In this document: positions 28,338 to 39,349 of the stretch, one piece after another | How the letters are laid out: every line of letters starts with the position of its first letter | Position numbering within the stretch: the stretch's first letter is position 1 | DNA from: Candidatus Poribacteria bacterium | Lineage (GTDB): Bacteria > Poribacteria > WGA-4E > WGA-3G | Assembly: GCA_963665235.2 (NCBI GenBank) | Contig: CAXXLX010000002.1 | Location: 640,001-704,000 of the forward strand | Length of the DNA: 64,000 bases | Direction of reading: 5' to 3' | Program-made: the position numbers and the translations under genes | Notes under the pieces: generated by a model | Seen by the model: the letters and a program-made list of their open reading frames with translations, nothing else | Told to the model about the DNA's origin: nothing | Database searches by the model: none

Positions 28338-28760
28338 ATGATGGATTCTAATTCCCCCCGCAGCGATGAAATGCCCCGCATAAAACGTGGCAGAGTTGAT
28401 TCTGTCAACTTGTATGAAGTCAAAGAGCATGAATTAGAGGCACTAGAAAAGGGCCAGGTCGGAACACTCCAATTGAATTTAGCAATTTTTCTATTTTCAA
28501 TAGCGTTCACGTGTATAGCTGCTTTAGCAACCGCTGATTTTAGGTGGAAAATCGCGGAAACGATTTTTATTTTTATCATTGTAGTAGGTACCCTATTAGG
28601 TATATGTCTTATACTTATCTGGTGGCGGACTAAGGTATCAATTACGAAAGTAGTATCAACAATCAGAAATAGGATAGATGCTGCTCTTATACCAGTTCAA
28701 ACGCAGGAAGAATCTGAGAATCAGCCCAAAGAATCGGACGATGAGACACCTAATGGTTAA
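28338..28760 (+). CDS. two-TM membrane protein
   Basis: Two hydrophobic helices; starts 1 nt after the previous stop codon. Confidence 0.7.
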   Translation: MMDSNSPRSDEMPRIKRGRVDSVNLYEVKEHELEALEKGQVGTLQLNLAIFLFSIAFTCIAALATADFRWKIAETIFIFIIVVGTLLGICLILIWWRTKVSITKVVSTIRNRIDAALIPVQTQEESENQPKESDDETPNG

Positions 28761-28928
28761 GCCCTCAAAACAGAAGAACTCACTATACCAAAACAAAATT
28801 TCGCAGAACCGTCTCCTTTTCTAATCTGAATCGAAGCACACCTACAAACGGTGAGGTCCCGTATAGACGCTAAATTGACACTCATGTACGAAAACTTTAC
28901 ACACTTTTGATGGACACAACGAACTGCC

Positions 28929-30470
28929 ATGGTGCCTATTCAGATAGAGAACCTCCGTTTCACCTATCCGAGCCGGGAGACCCCCACACTTCGAGGCATC
29001 AGCACACATGTCGCCCCCGGTGACTTTGTGCTGCTAACTGGCCCAACAGGTTGTGGGAAGTCCACCTTGTTGCGGACGATGAACGGATTAATTCCGCATG
29101 CATCGGCAGGAACGTTCAGTGGAGCCGTACGGCTCAATTGCACAGCTGTCGCTTCGCAACCGCTTGCTGTGACGTGCAGGCACGTCTCGCTGCTCTTCCA
29201 AAATCCGGAGCAGCAACTCTTTTGTACACAGGTAGAGGATGAAATTGCCTTTGGGCTTGAAAACTTGGGCTTTCCCCCCGCGGAAATTGAGAAGCGGATT
29301 ACTACTGCACTGAAACAGGTAGGATTATCTGGATTCCGGACGAGGCGAACCCGAACGCTCTCCGGCGGTGAAAAGCAGCGCGTGGCCCTCGCAGCCATCT
29401 GTGCAATGCAACCGCAGGTGCTCCTCCTCGATGAACCGACCAGCTATCTCGATTCCCAAGCAACGCAAGATATTCTCAACATCATCACACAACTCAACGC
29501 GGAAATGGGGATAACAGTTGTCTGGGCAACCCATCAAATTAGACAGGTGGTACCGTTGTGCAACCGCGTCTGGCTCATGCATGATGGACAACTCGTCCTA
29601 GATTTACCGAAGGCGGAAGCGTTTCGCGACCCTACCCCTTATCGCCGTTTAGGCGTACAGATTCCCTATGAGGATGTCCCTGAACCCTCCCGTGATGCAC
29701 GGACATTGGAGAAGCCTGCTGTCCCAGTGTCACATCCTCCCTCGCCGCGCAGGCCTCTTATCAGTCTCCGCTCGCTCAGTTTTAAGTATCCGAAAAATGA
29801 TAAAATGGCAGTCAACTCTGTCGCATCTACGGTAACCCGCGGTGAGGTGATAGCTGTCATGGGGGCAAACGGTTCCGGCAAAACAACGTTGCTGCATCTC
29901 ATGGCGGGCCTACTTCGTCCAACAGCGGGGGAGATTGTTATAGCAGGGAAAACCTTAAAACGCGTCAAGCTTCATCAATTGGCAGGAAAGGTCGGCATCG
30001 TTTTTCAAAACGCTGACCTTGTGTTGCAAGCGGAAACCGTTCGGGATGAGGTCGAATTTGGGCCTAAAAACCTGAAGGTGCCCCCGGAAACGCGCCAAAA
30101 ACGGGTGGATGAGACGCTCGAGCTATTCGCGTTAGCGGCATTTGCCGAAGAGACCCCATATTCACTTTCCCGTGGACAACGACAGCGCGTCGCAGTCGCC
30201 GCAAATGTTTCACTCCATCCTGACCTCCTGCTGCTTGATGAACCTACAACAGGTCAAGATGCACAGCACCTCGACCTGTTGATGGGTGAAGTTTGCAATA
30301 AAATTAAACAGGAGAATAAAAGCCTAATTTTCACGACGCATAACATGCAGCTCGCCTTGAAATATGCCGACCGTGTACTGCTGCTCCGTGACGGTGAATT
30401 AGTCTTTGATGGTGCCCCCGATACCGGTTTCGCAGATATGACGTTGCAGACAACAAAAACAGATAGCTGA
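28929..30470 (+). CDS. ecfA: ECF transporter fused double ATPase (EcfA-A')
   Basis: GPTGCGKST and GANGSGKTT, LSGGEKQR and LSRGQRQR, two LLLDEPT. Confidence 0.92.
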   Translation: MVPIQIENLRFTYPSRETPTLRGISTHVAPGDFVLLTGPTGCGKSTLLRTMNGLIPHASAGTFSGAVRLNCTAVASQPLAVTCRHVSLLFQNPEQQLFCTQVEDEIAFGLENLGFPPAEIEKRITTALKQVGLSGFRTRRTRTLSGGEKQRVALAAICAMQPQVLLLDEPTSYLDSQATQDILNIITQLNAEMGITVVWATHQIRQVVPLCNRVWLMHDGQLVLDLPKAEAFRDPTPYRRLGVQIPYEDVPEPSRDARTLEKPAVPVSHPPSPRRPLISLRSLSFKYPKNDKMAVNSVASTVTRGEVIAVMGANGSGKTTLLHLMAGLLRPTAGEIVIAGKTLKRVKLHQLAGKVGIVFQNADLVLQAETVRDEVEFGPKNLKVPPETRQKRVDETLELFALAAFAEETPYSLSRGQRQRVAVAANVSLHPDLLLLDEPTTGQDAQHLDLLMGEVCNKIKQENKSLIFTTHNMQLALKYADRVLLLRDGELVFDGAPDTGFADMTLQTTKTDS

Positions 30471-30473
30471 GAA

Positions 30474-30659
30474 AGGCACAAACTGGAAGTTTATGCTACA
30501 ATAAAGCACACAAACTAAAAGTTTATGCTACAATAAAGCACACAAACTGGAAGTTTATGCTACAATAAAGCACACAAACTAGGAAGTTTATGCTACAATA
30601 AAGCACACAAACTGGAAGTTTATGCTACAATAAAGAGACATTTTCAATTAGAAATGGTA
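30474..30659. mobile_element. MITE family A partial copy with five REP-like units
   Basis: (gcacacaaactggaagtttatgctacaataaa)x5 followed by the gagacattttcaattagaaatggta end. Confidence 0.78.
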
Positions 30660-31508
30660 TCACTCTTGGAATCCCGCACAAAAATCCTCATAATGCTGAT
30701 AAGCGGTTGCCTCGTTATCCTACTGGATAGCCCAAGTGCCTTGCTTGCATGCTTCCTTGCAAGTCTCTTACTGAGTGTCTTGTCCAGGCCGACCTTACAT
30801 CAGATCCGGTTGCTTCTTATTTTTCTCTTTTTTACGACGTGGGGTTTACTTTACAGCCAGGCGATTTTCTATAACGAATTTCCGCGTACGGTGCTGCTAA
30901 CGCTTGTTCCTGCTGAGCTGCCGTTCATCGGTGAGGCGACTGGGGGCATCCGAATCTATCGAGAGGGGCTGTTTCATGGCATTGTCCAATCCCTCCGGTT
31001 CAACACAACGCTTGTCATCGGTTTTTTCATTGTCTGGAGCACACAACCGCGCGACCTCCTCCTCGCGTTAGTGAGGTTACGCGTGCCGGGCACGCTTGCC
31101 TTTATGGTGACAACCGCTTTACATTTTATTCCGATGATTGCGAACGAGACTGGTGCCGTGCTCCGTTCACAGCGGTTACGAGGGTTTCGCTATCTACAAT
31201 TCAACCTACGTGCTACTGTACGGGGTATTCTCAATAGTTTTCGCCCTATTTTGGCGGGTAATATTCGGCACGCGACCCACCTCGGTGCATCGGTTGAGAG
31301 TCGCGGCTTCTCTACGGACACGGTGAGGCATCGTACCGCATTGCGGACCTCGAAGATGGGCCCGTGGGATTTCAGTCTACTTGCGCTGTTATTTCTCTGC
31401 TTAATCGGCTTATGCTGTTTAAAGATTCTCTATTTCTGCTATGTCAACGGCATCTATTACCAATCGTGGTTGCGGGAAGTGTATACCTTTACCCGCGAGG
31501 TGCTGTGA
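30654..31508 (+). CDS. ecfT: ECF transporter transmembrane component T
   Basis: SRTK, TM helices, RSQRLRG and VESRGF motifs. Confidence 0.88.
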   Translation: MVSLLESRTKILIMLISGCLVILLDSPSALLACFLASLLLSVLSRPTLHQIRLLLIFLFFTTWGLLYSQAIFYNEFPRTVLLTLVPAELPFIGEATGGIRIYREGLFHGIVQSLRFNTTLVIGFFIVWSTQPRDLLLALVRLRVPGTLAFMVTTALHFIPMIANETGAVLRSQRLRGFRYLQFNLRATVRGILNSFRPILAGNIRHATHLGASVESRGFSTDTVRHRTALRTSKMGPWDFSLLALLFLCLIGLCCLKILYFCYVNGIYYQSWLREVYTFTREVL

Positions 31509-31531
31509 GGCTTCGTGTAGTTTAGAATGGA

Positions 31532-31646
31532 CAGGACTTACGCAAATTTAAGACATATCCTCGTAGGGGCGAGGTCACCTCGCCCGCTAGGTCTTCCTTT
31601 AAAGCCCATTATCATAAGGACTTATCAACGCGCTGCGTAAGTCCTG
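31532..31646. mobile_element. MITE family C copy 1 with internal GTAG-REP
   Basis: TIR CAGGACTTACGCA/TGCGTAAGTCCTG; ATGGA duplicated on both sides. Confidence 0.85.
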
Positions 31647-31651
31647 ATGGA

Positions 31652-32170
31652 TTAACGGCCTACCTCCCAGGCCAAATGCTGTAGTTCTGGCCCGATGAGT
31701 TTTTCCCAAGCGAGCTGTACGGCAGCAGTGGAGCCGGGGGTAGAGATAACCACTTTTCCACGGTAGACTCCCGCCGTTGCGCGGGATAGCATCGCTGCTG
31801 CGCCAACCTGGTCATAACTGAACATCCGAAAAAGTTCTCCGAAGCCCGGTAACGTCTTTTCCAATTTGCGATTCAGAATATCAAACGTAGTGTCGCGCGG
31901 GGCAATACCGGTACCACCGTTAAATAGAATGACTTGTGCCTCGCTTTCCGCCATTTTATCCAAAACAGCGTCGACCTGGTCCGGTTCATCTTTAATAATC
32001 TGATAAGCCGCTACACTGTTCCCCGCTGCCTCAAGTTGTTCACGTAGGAACACAGCATTCTTGTCCGTTTCTGGCGTACGTGTATCACTTACGGTGACAA
32101 TAGCGACGGCTACCGGTCCTTCTTCGGTTGCCATTTCCCGGTGTTGCTGTGTGCTTGTTGAAGTCGTCAT
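31652..32170 (-). CDS. moaB: molybdenum cofactor biosynthesis protein B
   Basis: [37 protein letters not shown]. Confidence 0.93.
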   Translation of the reverse strand: MTTSTSTQQHREMATEEGPVAVAIVTVSDTRTPETDKNAVFLREQLEAAGNSVAAYQIIKDEPDQVDAVLDKMAESEAQVILFNGGTGIAPRDTTFDILNRKLEKTLPGFGELFRMFSYDQVGAAAMLSRATAGVYRGKVVISTPGSTAAVQLAWEKLIGPELQHLAWEVGR

Positions 32171-32196
32171 ATTTCTTTTCTCACTTTCTTTACAAA

Positions 32197-34407
32197 TTAT
32201 TGATTCGGGTAGGTTTTCTTCAAATACCTGGGCATCTCAAAGAGAAGTCCGCCTGTTCGCTGAGCAAGTGTTGATTGAAAATCATCCGGGTCTGGATGTC
32301 CGACAACATAGACGCGAAGCCCTAACGACTGACAGAGTTGGACAGCTCGTTCGGCAGGATATTTTCCTGTTGTGGGTTCATCTGTTAAGATTAGCAGGAA
32401 TCGGCTTGCGTACGGACTGAACTGCATTTTCGGGAGCCCCTCCACGATGGCATCAATAAGGTGTTCGTCTCCGCCGAACGGGTCTTCCATCAAGCTTTGC
32501 AGTGTCGCTTCGTTGAGCGACATCTGTCGTGTTACAACGGCACCGTTGATAACCTTAATTGCTCCTTTCGCTTCTGCGAAACGGATGAGGCCGATGCGGT
32601 ATTTTATCGGTAGAATTTCCAACCTGCCGAGGAGTGTGCTTAATCCAAGCATAATTGCTTGTGACCTGCCGCCCATGCTCTGACTATAATCCAGCATGAT
32701 AGCGATATCGACGATAGGTTCAGAGTCCTCAGCAGCTGCACCGGGCTGCCCGCCGCCATAGATATTTAGGCGGTCCTTCTCACTTCGGATAGTGTACATC
32801 CGGTTGTTTTCGCTGTCATTTACACGCCATATCTTATCGCGTCGCAACGTGCGCGCGTTGAGATTCTTATTGAGATTCCAACTTTCTGGATAGATTCCGC
32901 TGTAGACATTCAATTTATCGCCGACTTTTCGGATGGTATAAACGAGCCCGCTCTTGTGGTCAGTCATCACCCACAGGTCGTTCTCATGTTTTTTCCGCAA
33001 CGTTGCATCTTCAGAGTAATATAGATATTCCTTTAGCTCAATCCCGTGTTTTTTAAATTCACGGATTAATTTTCGTGTTGGAATATTCCCATCTTCAAGC
33101 GTTACGTCAAATTTTGCCTCTAGGCTAAACATCAATTTACCGCCGTTCCGGCGGATGTCGGTCGCGATATCTCGGAAAATCTTGAGAAACGGCTGATTTC
33201 CGACCCGTGTACTTGGGAGTGCAGTGGCACTCTTGGTACCGCCGGGGATGAGCTGCCACAAGCCCCCTGTTATTTCGGCTAACTGCTGCTGAAAAGGTTC
33301 GGGATGTCCGAGGACATTGACGCTAATCTCCTCAAGTTTATAGTTATCCATGACCCTTTCCTTCATCGTCGTATAAGCCCCGCCCTTTTTCATACGGGTT
33401 GTTGCAGGTTCATCGGTGACGAGGATGATGTGCCTATCCGCATCTGAGTGAAACTCAATAAAACTCAATGTATCGATGAGCGCGTCGAGTGCATGTTCGT
33501 CACCACTCATCCTCACCGCCTGCATCTCGCGGCGGAGCATGGCGACATCGGGCCGCAGCGTTCGAACCCGGACCTCCTGTCCCGCGGTGCGTACACTAAA
33601 CTCCGACAGGCCGAAATGATACTCCAAATTAACCAGATCGAATGCGTCACTCATGCTGTATAAATTTTTGGCGACCTGCTGAATGTTATCCCGCATACTT
33701 GCACTTGTATCCACCACAAACACGACGTTGACTTTATCTACCTGGCGGGTGTTAATGATATGGTCAGCAATTTCTTTGAGGGCTTCAGCGAAAGGGTTCG
33801 TGATATAATTATCGCCGCCCTCACCGCCGCTACCTTTTTCTGCTGAGCCGTCCCCGATTGTTCCTACTTCGGCGGTCCCGGTGGATTCAAGTCTATGAAG
33901 TCCGTCGCCGCCCTCACCTTTGGTGCGTTGTCGGACACTCTTGACCCCAGCACCATCGGTTACCTTAAATGGACTTTGCACCGCTTCTGAAATAGCTCTG
34001 GCTCGACTATCAAACGGTTTCGCGTAAGTGGTTACTTCCGGCAGCGGTTGCTGTACATCACTCACAGCATCTGTCGCGCTATGCATCAGGACCTTCTCAG
34101 AGGGTCGAACGGTCTCATCGATTAAATTATCGGAGGCGGTTAGCTTCACGTGTTGTGGGCGGTATTCTCTCACGGTTTCCGAATATTTTGGGGTAAGCAG
34201 CCGCTTCGGGGGCGGTCGCTTTAGCACGCGTTTCTGTTTCTCCTGCTTTTTCGTTATAATTTCCGCGCTGAGGGTATCTTCAAAATCGTTTTGTACCTGT
34301 TTGTAAAAGACAAATGTCAGGATAATTGCACAGCAGAGGTGAGCAATGCCTGAGATGAGGAGCGCGCTTACGGAACGCCTTCTTGAGTTTGAGTCGGAAC
34401 GAATCAT
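32197..34407 (-). CDS. membrane-anchored protein with two vWA domains
   Basis: N-terminal TM (S..AH), MIDAS motifs DTSAS and DYSQS, two TDEP motifs. Confidence 0.85.
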   Translation of the reverse strand: MIRSDSNSRRRSVSALLISGIAHLCCAIILTFVFYKQVQNDFEDTLSAEIITKKQEKQKRVLKRPPPKRLLTPKYSETVREYRPQHVKLTASDNLIDETVRPSEKVLMHSATDAVSDVQQPLPEVTTYAKPFDSRARAISEAVQSPFKVTDGAGVKSVRQRTKGEGGDGLHRLESTGTAEVGTIGDGSAEKGSGGEGGDNYITNPFAEALKEIADHIINTRQVDKVNVVFVVDTSASMRDNIQQVAKNLYSMSDAFDLVNLEYHFGLSEFSVRTAGQEVRVRTLRPDVAMLRREMQAVRMSGDEHALDALIDTLSFIEFHSDADRHIILVTDEPATTRMKKGGAYTTMKERVMDNYKLEEISVNVLGHPEPFQQQLAEITGGLWQLIPGGTKSATALPSTRVGNQPFLKIFRDIATDIRRNGGKLMFSLEAKFDVTLEDGNIPTRKLIREFKKHGIELKEYLYYSEDATLRKKHENDLWVMTDHKSGLVYTIRKVGDKLNVYSGIYPESWNLNKNLNARTLRRDKIWRVNDSENNRMYTIRSEKDRLNIYGGGQPGAAAEDSEPIVDIAIMLDYSQSMGGRSQAIMLGLSTLLGRLEILPIKYRIGLIRFAEAKGAIKVINGAVVTRQMSLNEATLQSLMEDPFGGDEHLIDAIVEGLPKMQFSPYASRFLLILTDEPTTGKYPAERAVQLCQSLGLRVYVVGHPDPDDFQSTLAQRTGGLLFEMPRYLKKTYPNQ

Positions 34408-34461
34408 TTTTTTTCTCCTTTTGCGTTATTTTCTATAAACATACTAAACTTTGGACAATTT

Positions 34462-34616
34462 TAACGCGAGTTTGAAAAAAGTTTTGACCTAGAGCGTTCT
34501 GTGGTAGTTTTAGCAAAAAACTGCACAAACTAGGAAGTTTATGCTACAATTATACCGCTTTTTTCGCGATGAAACAGGTTTAGAGCAAACGGATATTTAT
34601 TATCAAGCTCACGTTA
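34462..34616. mobile_element. MITE family D copy 1 with one REP-like unit
   Basis: TIR taacgcgagtttga/tcaagctcacgtta; near-identical inverted copy at 51460-51614. Confidence 0.8.
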
Positions 34617-34813
34617 AATAATAACATATTTGACGCAAACTGTCAAGAAAAACCAAAAAATGTCCCCCAAACCGCGCAAAAACCCCAAAATTCGGGAGAT
34701 TGGAGAAATAAAAATGTTTTTTTTGTAACCAATTGAGGAATAGAAACGTTATTATCTTTTAAAGTTGTTAAAGTACGCGTAATTTTTAACTGTACAAAAA
34801 GGAGGATGAAACA

Positions 34814-35095
34814 GTGGTAAAACAAACAACAGAAATGTTCGCTGCCGTTAATCCGCTTGTTGGGCTTTCCTCTAAGGCAATACGTTTGTATAATGCGCTG
34901 GAGGTTTTTCAAACTCAAAACAGGGAGTGTTGCCCTGACGGCCCGGAGTGGTTTCAAGTTTCACAACGTGAACGTATCTTAAGAAGAGCCGGATTTTCTA
35001 AAATAGAAATTGATAAAGCTATCACAGAATTATTAGACGCAAATTTACTACAGATTCAGGATAAAGAAAATATAAAGTGGTATTGCCTGAAATAG
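34814..35095 (+). CDS. hypothetical protein, possibly winged-helix
   Basis: AGGAGG RBS before GTG; 93 aa; directly upstream of maf. Confidence 0.65.
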   Translation: MVKQTTEMFAAVNPLVGLSSKAIRLYNALEVFQTQNRECCPDGPEWFQVSQRERILRRAGFSKIEIDKAITELLDANLLQIQDKENIKWYCLK

Positions 35096-35102
35096 CAAGG
35101 CT

Positions 35103-35702
35103 ATGCTTACGTTGAAAATCCCGCGCCTTATTTTAGCTTCAGCGTCCCCGCGACGCGCGGACCTCTTATCTCAAATTGGACTGACGTTTGAGGTACATCC
35201 CAGCGATATTGTGGAACCGGCCCCGAGGCCATCTATGAAACCAGGGGTGTTTACACAAGAGCTTGCACTGCTGAAAGCAAAATCTGTCGCGAAGCAGTAC
35301 ACCGAAGGAGTCGTTATCGGCGCAGATACGTTAGTCTCCTTAGCAGGGGAGCTGCTCGGCAAACCGAGGGACGACGCACACGCCCACGACATGTTGACGC
35401 GCCTCAGCGGCACCTGCCATGAGGTCATCACCGGGGTTGCATTAATTGAGATAGAACAGCAGAAAACGGTAACATGGTCAGAAACAACCCGGGTTTACTT
35501 CAGAAAGCTCTCCTATTCAGAAATTGCCGCCTACGTTGAAACAGGGGAGCCCTCCGATAAAGCCGGGGCTTACGGAATTCAGGGCCTCGGCGCAGCCTTC
35601 GTTATACGAATTGAGGGCTGCTATTTCAACGTAGTCGGTCTACCGTTGGCAAAACTTGTTGAACAATTAGCAGAATTTCACCCGAACGATGCTGACACAT
35701 AA
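35103..35702 (+). CDS. maf: Maf family nucleoside triphosphate pyrophosphatase
   Basis: LILASASPRR, VIGADT, LGKP, DKAGAYGIQG, NVVGLP. Confidence 0.95.
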   Translation: MLTLKIPRLILASASPRRADLLSQIGLTFEVHPSDIVEPAPRPSMKPGVFTQELALLKAKSVAKQYTEGVVIGADTLVSLAGELLGKPRDDAHAHDMLTRLSGTCHEVITGVALIEIEQQKTVTWSETTRVYFRKLSYSEIAAYVETGEPSDKAGAYGIQGLGAAFVIRIEGCYFNVVGLPLAKLVEQLAEFHPNDADT

Positions 35703-36351
35703 AAGCTGGACAGTTGCAGAGGGATATACCCGCATCCTCACCCCTGGCGAGCTGGGGATTACAAAACTCCATTTTGGCATTCTGAACCTTGCACCTGAGG
35801 CAACCTTCTTTGACCATTCTGATGATACCGAAGTCGCCTTGATAGCACTAGCAGGACAAGGCACCTTATTGGTAGGACATAACGGCAACAAAGCCAACGG
35901 GATTTTAGGTGAACGCCCGGATGTGTTTCAGGGGGATGCATGTGTGGCGTATATCCCGCACCACACCACTTATGAGATTTTAGCGAGCAAGATAGGGGTT
36001 GAAATAGCAGTTTGCAAAACCCCCTCCGATATGGATGTTCCTGCTGTCATCTTCGCTGCAGGCGAGGCGGACGCGCAAACAGATTATCAACTCAACATTA
36101 GAGAAAACGATATAACCGTTGGAAGCGGTTGCGAGGCAGTCTGTCTCTATCGATTCCCGAATGCAGAAGGCAGTGCTACGGTAGAGCTCGCGCACCCTAC
36201 ACAGGCGGCTAAGCCTCTTATCCTGCACCACAACGATGTCCTTGTGATTCCAAGTGCACACCACGCCAACGTGTTAAGTCATGAAGGTGTCTGCTATCAA
36301 TTATGTGTAACGTGTCCTACTCGCCTTCAATCAGTTCTCCCCCCTTTTTGA
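35689..36351 (+). CDS. IolB/KduI-like cupin protein, shortened
   Basis: N-terminal IolB-like E.ALIAL.G...GERPDVF...AYIP. Confidence 0.6.
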   Translation: MLTHKSWTVAEGYTRILTPGELGITKLHFGILNLAPEATFFDHSDDTEVALIALAGQGTLLVGHNGNKANGILGERPDVFQGDACVAYIPHHTTYEILASKIGVEIAVCKTPSDMDVPAVIFAAGEADAQTDYQLNIRENDITVGSGCEAVCLYRFPNAEGSATVELAHPTQAAKPLILHHNDVLVIPSAHHANVLSHEGVCYQLCVTCPTRLQSVLPPF

Positions 36352-36622
36352 TAAAAGCGACGGCACTCCGCGAGATTTGAACCTTTACCTCCTGATTATT
36401 CAATTCCGCAACCGTAATCAGGATAATGTTCTTATCGTTGCTGAGCCCCAGGATTTTGCCGTGCAATCCGCCGTTGGTTACGATTTCATCGCCCTTTGTC
36501 AGATTTTCGAGCATATTTTGGTGTTTTTTACGTCTCGTTTGTTCCGGCCGAATCAGCAGGAAGTAAAAAATAGCTCCGATTAGGATAAACGGAACAAGCA
36601 TGCTTATTATTGGATCTCCCAT
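36317..36622 (-). CDS. yajC: preprotein translocase subunit YajC
   Basis: FYFLLIRPE, LTKGDEIVTNGGLHG. Confidence 0.93.
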   Translation of the reverse strand: MGDPIISMLVPFILIGAIFYFLLIRPEQTRRKKHQNMLENLTKGDEIVTNGGLHGKILGLSNDKNIILITVAELNNQEVKVQISRSAVAFIKKGGELIEGE

Positions 36623-36641
36623 TATTGTTCTCCTTATTTTT

Positions 36642-37670
36642 TTAAAGAATTAGCATGGCATCGCCATAGCTGTAAAAACGGTAGCTATGTCGAAGTGCTT
36701 CCTGATAAGCCTCCTGAATCAAGGGGACATCAGCAAAAGCACTCACAAGCATAAGCAGCGTTGATTTCGGTAGATGAAAGTTGGTGACCAACGCATCTAC
36801 GACTCTGAATTGATACCCGGGATAGATAAAAAGTTCGCTGTGTCCGTTATAAGGGGTGAGCGTGCCTGTCGCGCCCGCTGTTTCGAGAGCACGTACCACC
36901 GTGGTACCGATGGCGACCACTTTTGCCCCCGCTTCCCGAGCCGTGCGAATCCGGTTCGCTGTTGTCTCAGAGAGGTTGATATATTCAGCGTGCATTTTGT
37001 GTTTCTCAATATCCTCCACTGAAACCGGTTGGAACGTTCCAAGCCCGACATGTAACGTTAACGTTGCTGTTTCTATTCCGTTTTCTCTCAATTCCGCCAA
37101 TAGTTCTCGTGTGAAGTGCAACCCTGCTGTCGGTGCAGCAATAGCCCCTTCGTGAGCCGCGTAAACTGATTGATACCGCACCGTATCCGCTGCGTTCGGT
37201 GCACGGCGGATATACGGAGGCAGTGGAAGTTGTCCGACCGCCGCGAGGATAGCTGAGAACTGCCCCCCGTAGCTAAACTGGACGATACAGTGCCCATTTT
37301 CCGGCATCGCGAGCACTTCTGCCTTGAGCACATCCTCACCGAACACAAGCTGTGTACCGATGCGGAGACTCCGGCGCGGCTTTGCTAGCACTTCCCACGT
37401 ATCAGGGGCCGTTTCCTGGATAAGAAGCAGCTCTATCTTGCCCCCGGTTTCACTTTTGTTCCCGATTAATCGCGCCGGTATCACCTTCGTATCGTTTAAG
37501 ACTAGGAGCGATGCATCCGGTAAAAATTGCCGAATCCGTGAGAAGTGGGTATGGTGAAACTCACGCGTGCTTCTATTGATAACCATGAGCCGTGACGCAT
37601 CGCGTGCTTGCAACGGGTGTTGTGCAATCCGCTCAGCAGGCAAATGGTAATCAAAATCTGTAGATTTCAT
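36642..37670 (-). CDS. queA: S-adenosylmethionine:tRNA ribosyltransferase-isomerase
   Basis: FDYHLP..RIAQ, LPPYI, AAPTAGLHF, TNFHLPKSTL, FYSYGDAM. Confidence 0.96.
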   Translation of the reverse strand: MKSTDFDYHLPAERIAQHPLQARDASRLMVINRSTREFHHTHFSRIRQFLPDASLLVLNDTKVIPARLIGNKSETGGKIELLLIQETAPDTWEVLAKPRRSLRIGTQLVFGEDVLKAEVLAMPENGHCIVQFSYGGQFSAILAAVGQLPLPPYIRRAPNAADTVRYQSVYAAHEGAIAAPTAGLHFTRELLAELRENGIETATLTLHVGLGTFQPVSVEDIEKHKMHAEYINLSETTANRIRTAREAGAKVVAIGTTVVRALETAGATGTLTPYNGHSELFIYPGYQFRVVDALVTNFHLPKSTLLMLVSAFADVPLIQEAYQEALRHSYRFYSYGDAMLIL

Positions 37671-37677
37671 TTTTTTT

Positions 37678-38676
37678 TCAAAATAACGTGTACTGCGTGC
37701 CTGTTGGATACCCGAAGTATTCGTAGGCTGCATCCGTTGCAGTGCGTCCTGCCGGGGTCAATGTCAAAAATCCCTCTTTGATATAATAGGGTTCATAGAC
37801 CTCTGAGATGGTTCGTTCATCCTCACTGAGGGCGACAGCGAGTGCTTTAAGCCCAGCACGTCCGTTAAAGTTCTTGATAAGCGTGTGAAAATAGGCGTAG
37901 TCTTGGGCATTTAAACCGCGCTCATCAATACCGAAGAACTCTAATGCCTCCTCTACAACATCAAGCGTAAGCGTCCCATCGCCTCTAACTTCAGCATAGT
38001 CTCTGACGTTTAAAAGCAATTTGTTAGCAATTCGCATAGTCCCGCGTGCACGCCGGGCTAAGGCGAATTCGGCTTCATTTTCTATATCAATTTTGAGTTT
38101 CACGCTATTGATGCGGATAGCCTCCTGAATCTCCTCTGGCGCATAGTAGTCCAAGTGGATACGTATACCGAATCTATCGCGAAACGGGCCGGCAAGCAGC
38201 CCTTCCCGAGTTGTCGCACCGACTAGCGTGAACCGGGCGATGGGCACTTGTACAACATCCGCCGCTGCACCTTGACCCATAGCGAAATCCACCTGATAAT
38301 CCTCCATCGCAGGGTACAGCGATTCTTGAACGTAACCTTTCACCCTATGGATTTCGTCAATAAACAGAATATCCCGTTGTTCCAGGTTCATTAACATTGA
38401 GGCGAGGTCAAGTCTTTCCATCAGAGGCCCGATGGCCTGCTTGAAATTGCTTGCGGATTCATTGGCAATAATTTTAGCAAGCGTTGTTTTTCCAAGCCCC
38501 GGGGGACTGACAAGGAGGACATGTTCCAGCGCATCGCCTCGGTTTTTCGCGGCTTCAATATGAATTCGGAGCTGCTCCTTCGCCTTCGGTTGACCGATAA
38601 ATTCGTTCAGGGTTTCTGGACGGAGGCTATATTCAAAGCTTTCCTCTGTCATATCGCGAATGTCGTGGCTATCCAT
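37678..38676 (-). CDS. ruvB: Holliday junction branch migration helicase RuvB
   Basis: LRPETLNEFIGQ, PPGLGKTTLA, FIDEIHR, LYPAMED, GATTR. Confidence 0.96.
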   Translation of the reverse strand: MDSHDIRDMTEESFEYSLRPETLNEFIGQPKAKEQLRIHIEAAKNRGDALEHVLLVSPPGLGKTTLAKIIANESASNFKQAIGPLMERLDLASMLMNLEQRDILFIDEIHRVKGYVQESLYPAMEDYQVDFAMGQGAAADVVQVPIARFTLVGATTREGLLAGPFRDRFGIRIHLDYYAPEEIQEAIRINSVKLKIDIENEAEFALARRARGTMRIANKLLLNVRDYAEVRGDGTLTLDVVEEALEFFGIDERGLNAQDYAYFHTLIKNFNGRAGLKALAVALSEDERTISEVYEPYYIKEGFLTLTPAGRTATDAAYEYFGYPTGTQYTLF

Positions 38677-38686
38677 TGTGGGTTAC

Positions 38687-39292
38687 CTATGCTGTTTGAT
38701 TACCGATGTAGCGGAAAGCTTGTTTAACCAAATTTTCCCGCTCGGCGGTATCGCCAAGCAGTTGTCGTGCCTTTTCTACCGCTTGTTCCGCCTCAAGTTC
38801 CGAAGCCCCCAAACCAACAAGTATGTCGATGACCGATTGGTCAGTGCTTACAGGACTATCTCCTTCAACTTCTCCCTCTAATTTGACTTTGGCGATGTTC
38901 TTTTTCAGTTTAATGATTATGAGTTGTGCAAGCTCTTTGTTTAACCGTGGCACGCGCATCAACGTTGTCGCGTCCGCGCTGTGCACTGCCCGCTGAAACT
39001 GTGACGGGGATAGTCTCGTAACGATGTTTTGGGCAAGTGTAGGCCCAACCCCTTTCACGGTCAGAGCCATTTTAAAAATTTTCAGGGCATCTCTTGAAGT
39101 GAACCCGTAGAGTTTAATTTCATTTTCTCGGCTTTGATAGTAGTAGGTGTAGAAGGTAATAGGTTCACCTTCGGCCGGTAGTTCGTCGGCGGTTCGCGGG
39201 GCCACTTCAACCGAATATCCGATACCGTTTACATCCACAATCACCTCTTTTGTGTCTTTAAAAGAGATAATACCTTTTACATGAGCAATCAT
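38687..39292 (-). CDS. ruvA: Holliday junction binding protein RuvA
   Basis: DVNGIGY, LYGF, VKGVGP; between ruvC and ruvB. Confidence 0.93.
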   Translation of the reverse strand: MIAHVKGIISFKDTKEVIVDVNGIGYSVEVAPRTADELPAEGEPITFYTYYYQSRENEIKLYGFTSRDALKIFKMALTVKGVGPTLAQNIVTRLSPSQFQRAVHSADATTLMRVPRLNKELAQLIIIKLKKNIAKVKLEGEVEGDSPVSTDQSVIDILVGLGASELEAEQAVEKARQLLGDTAERENLVKQAFRYIGNQTA

Positions 39293-39349
39293 TTAATCAA
39301 CTTTCCTTTCGATGAATCGGTCCTGGAACTCAGAGTAGAAACGCGCTAC

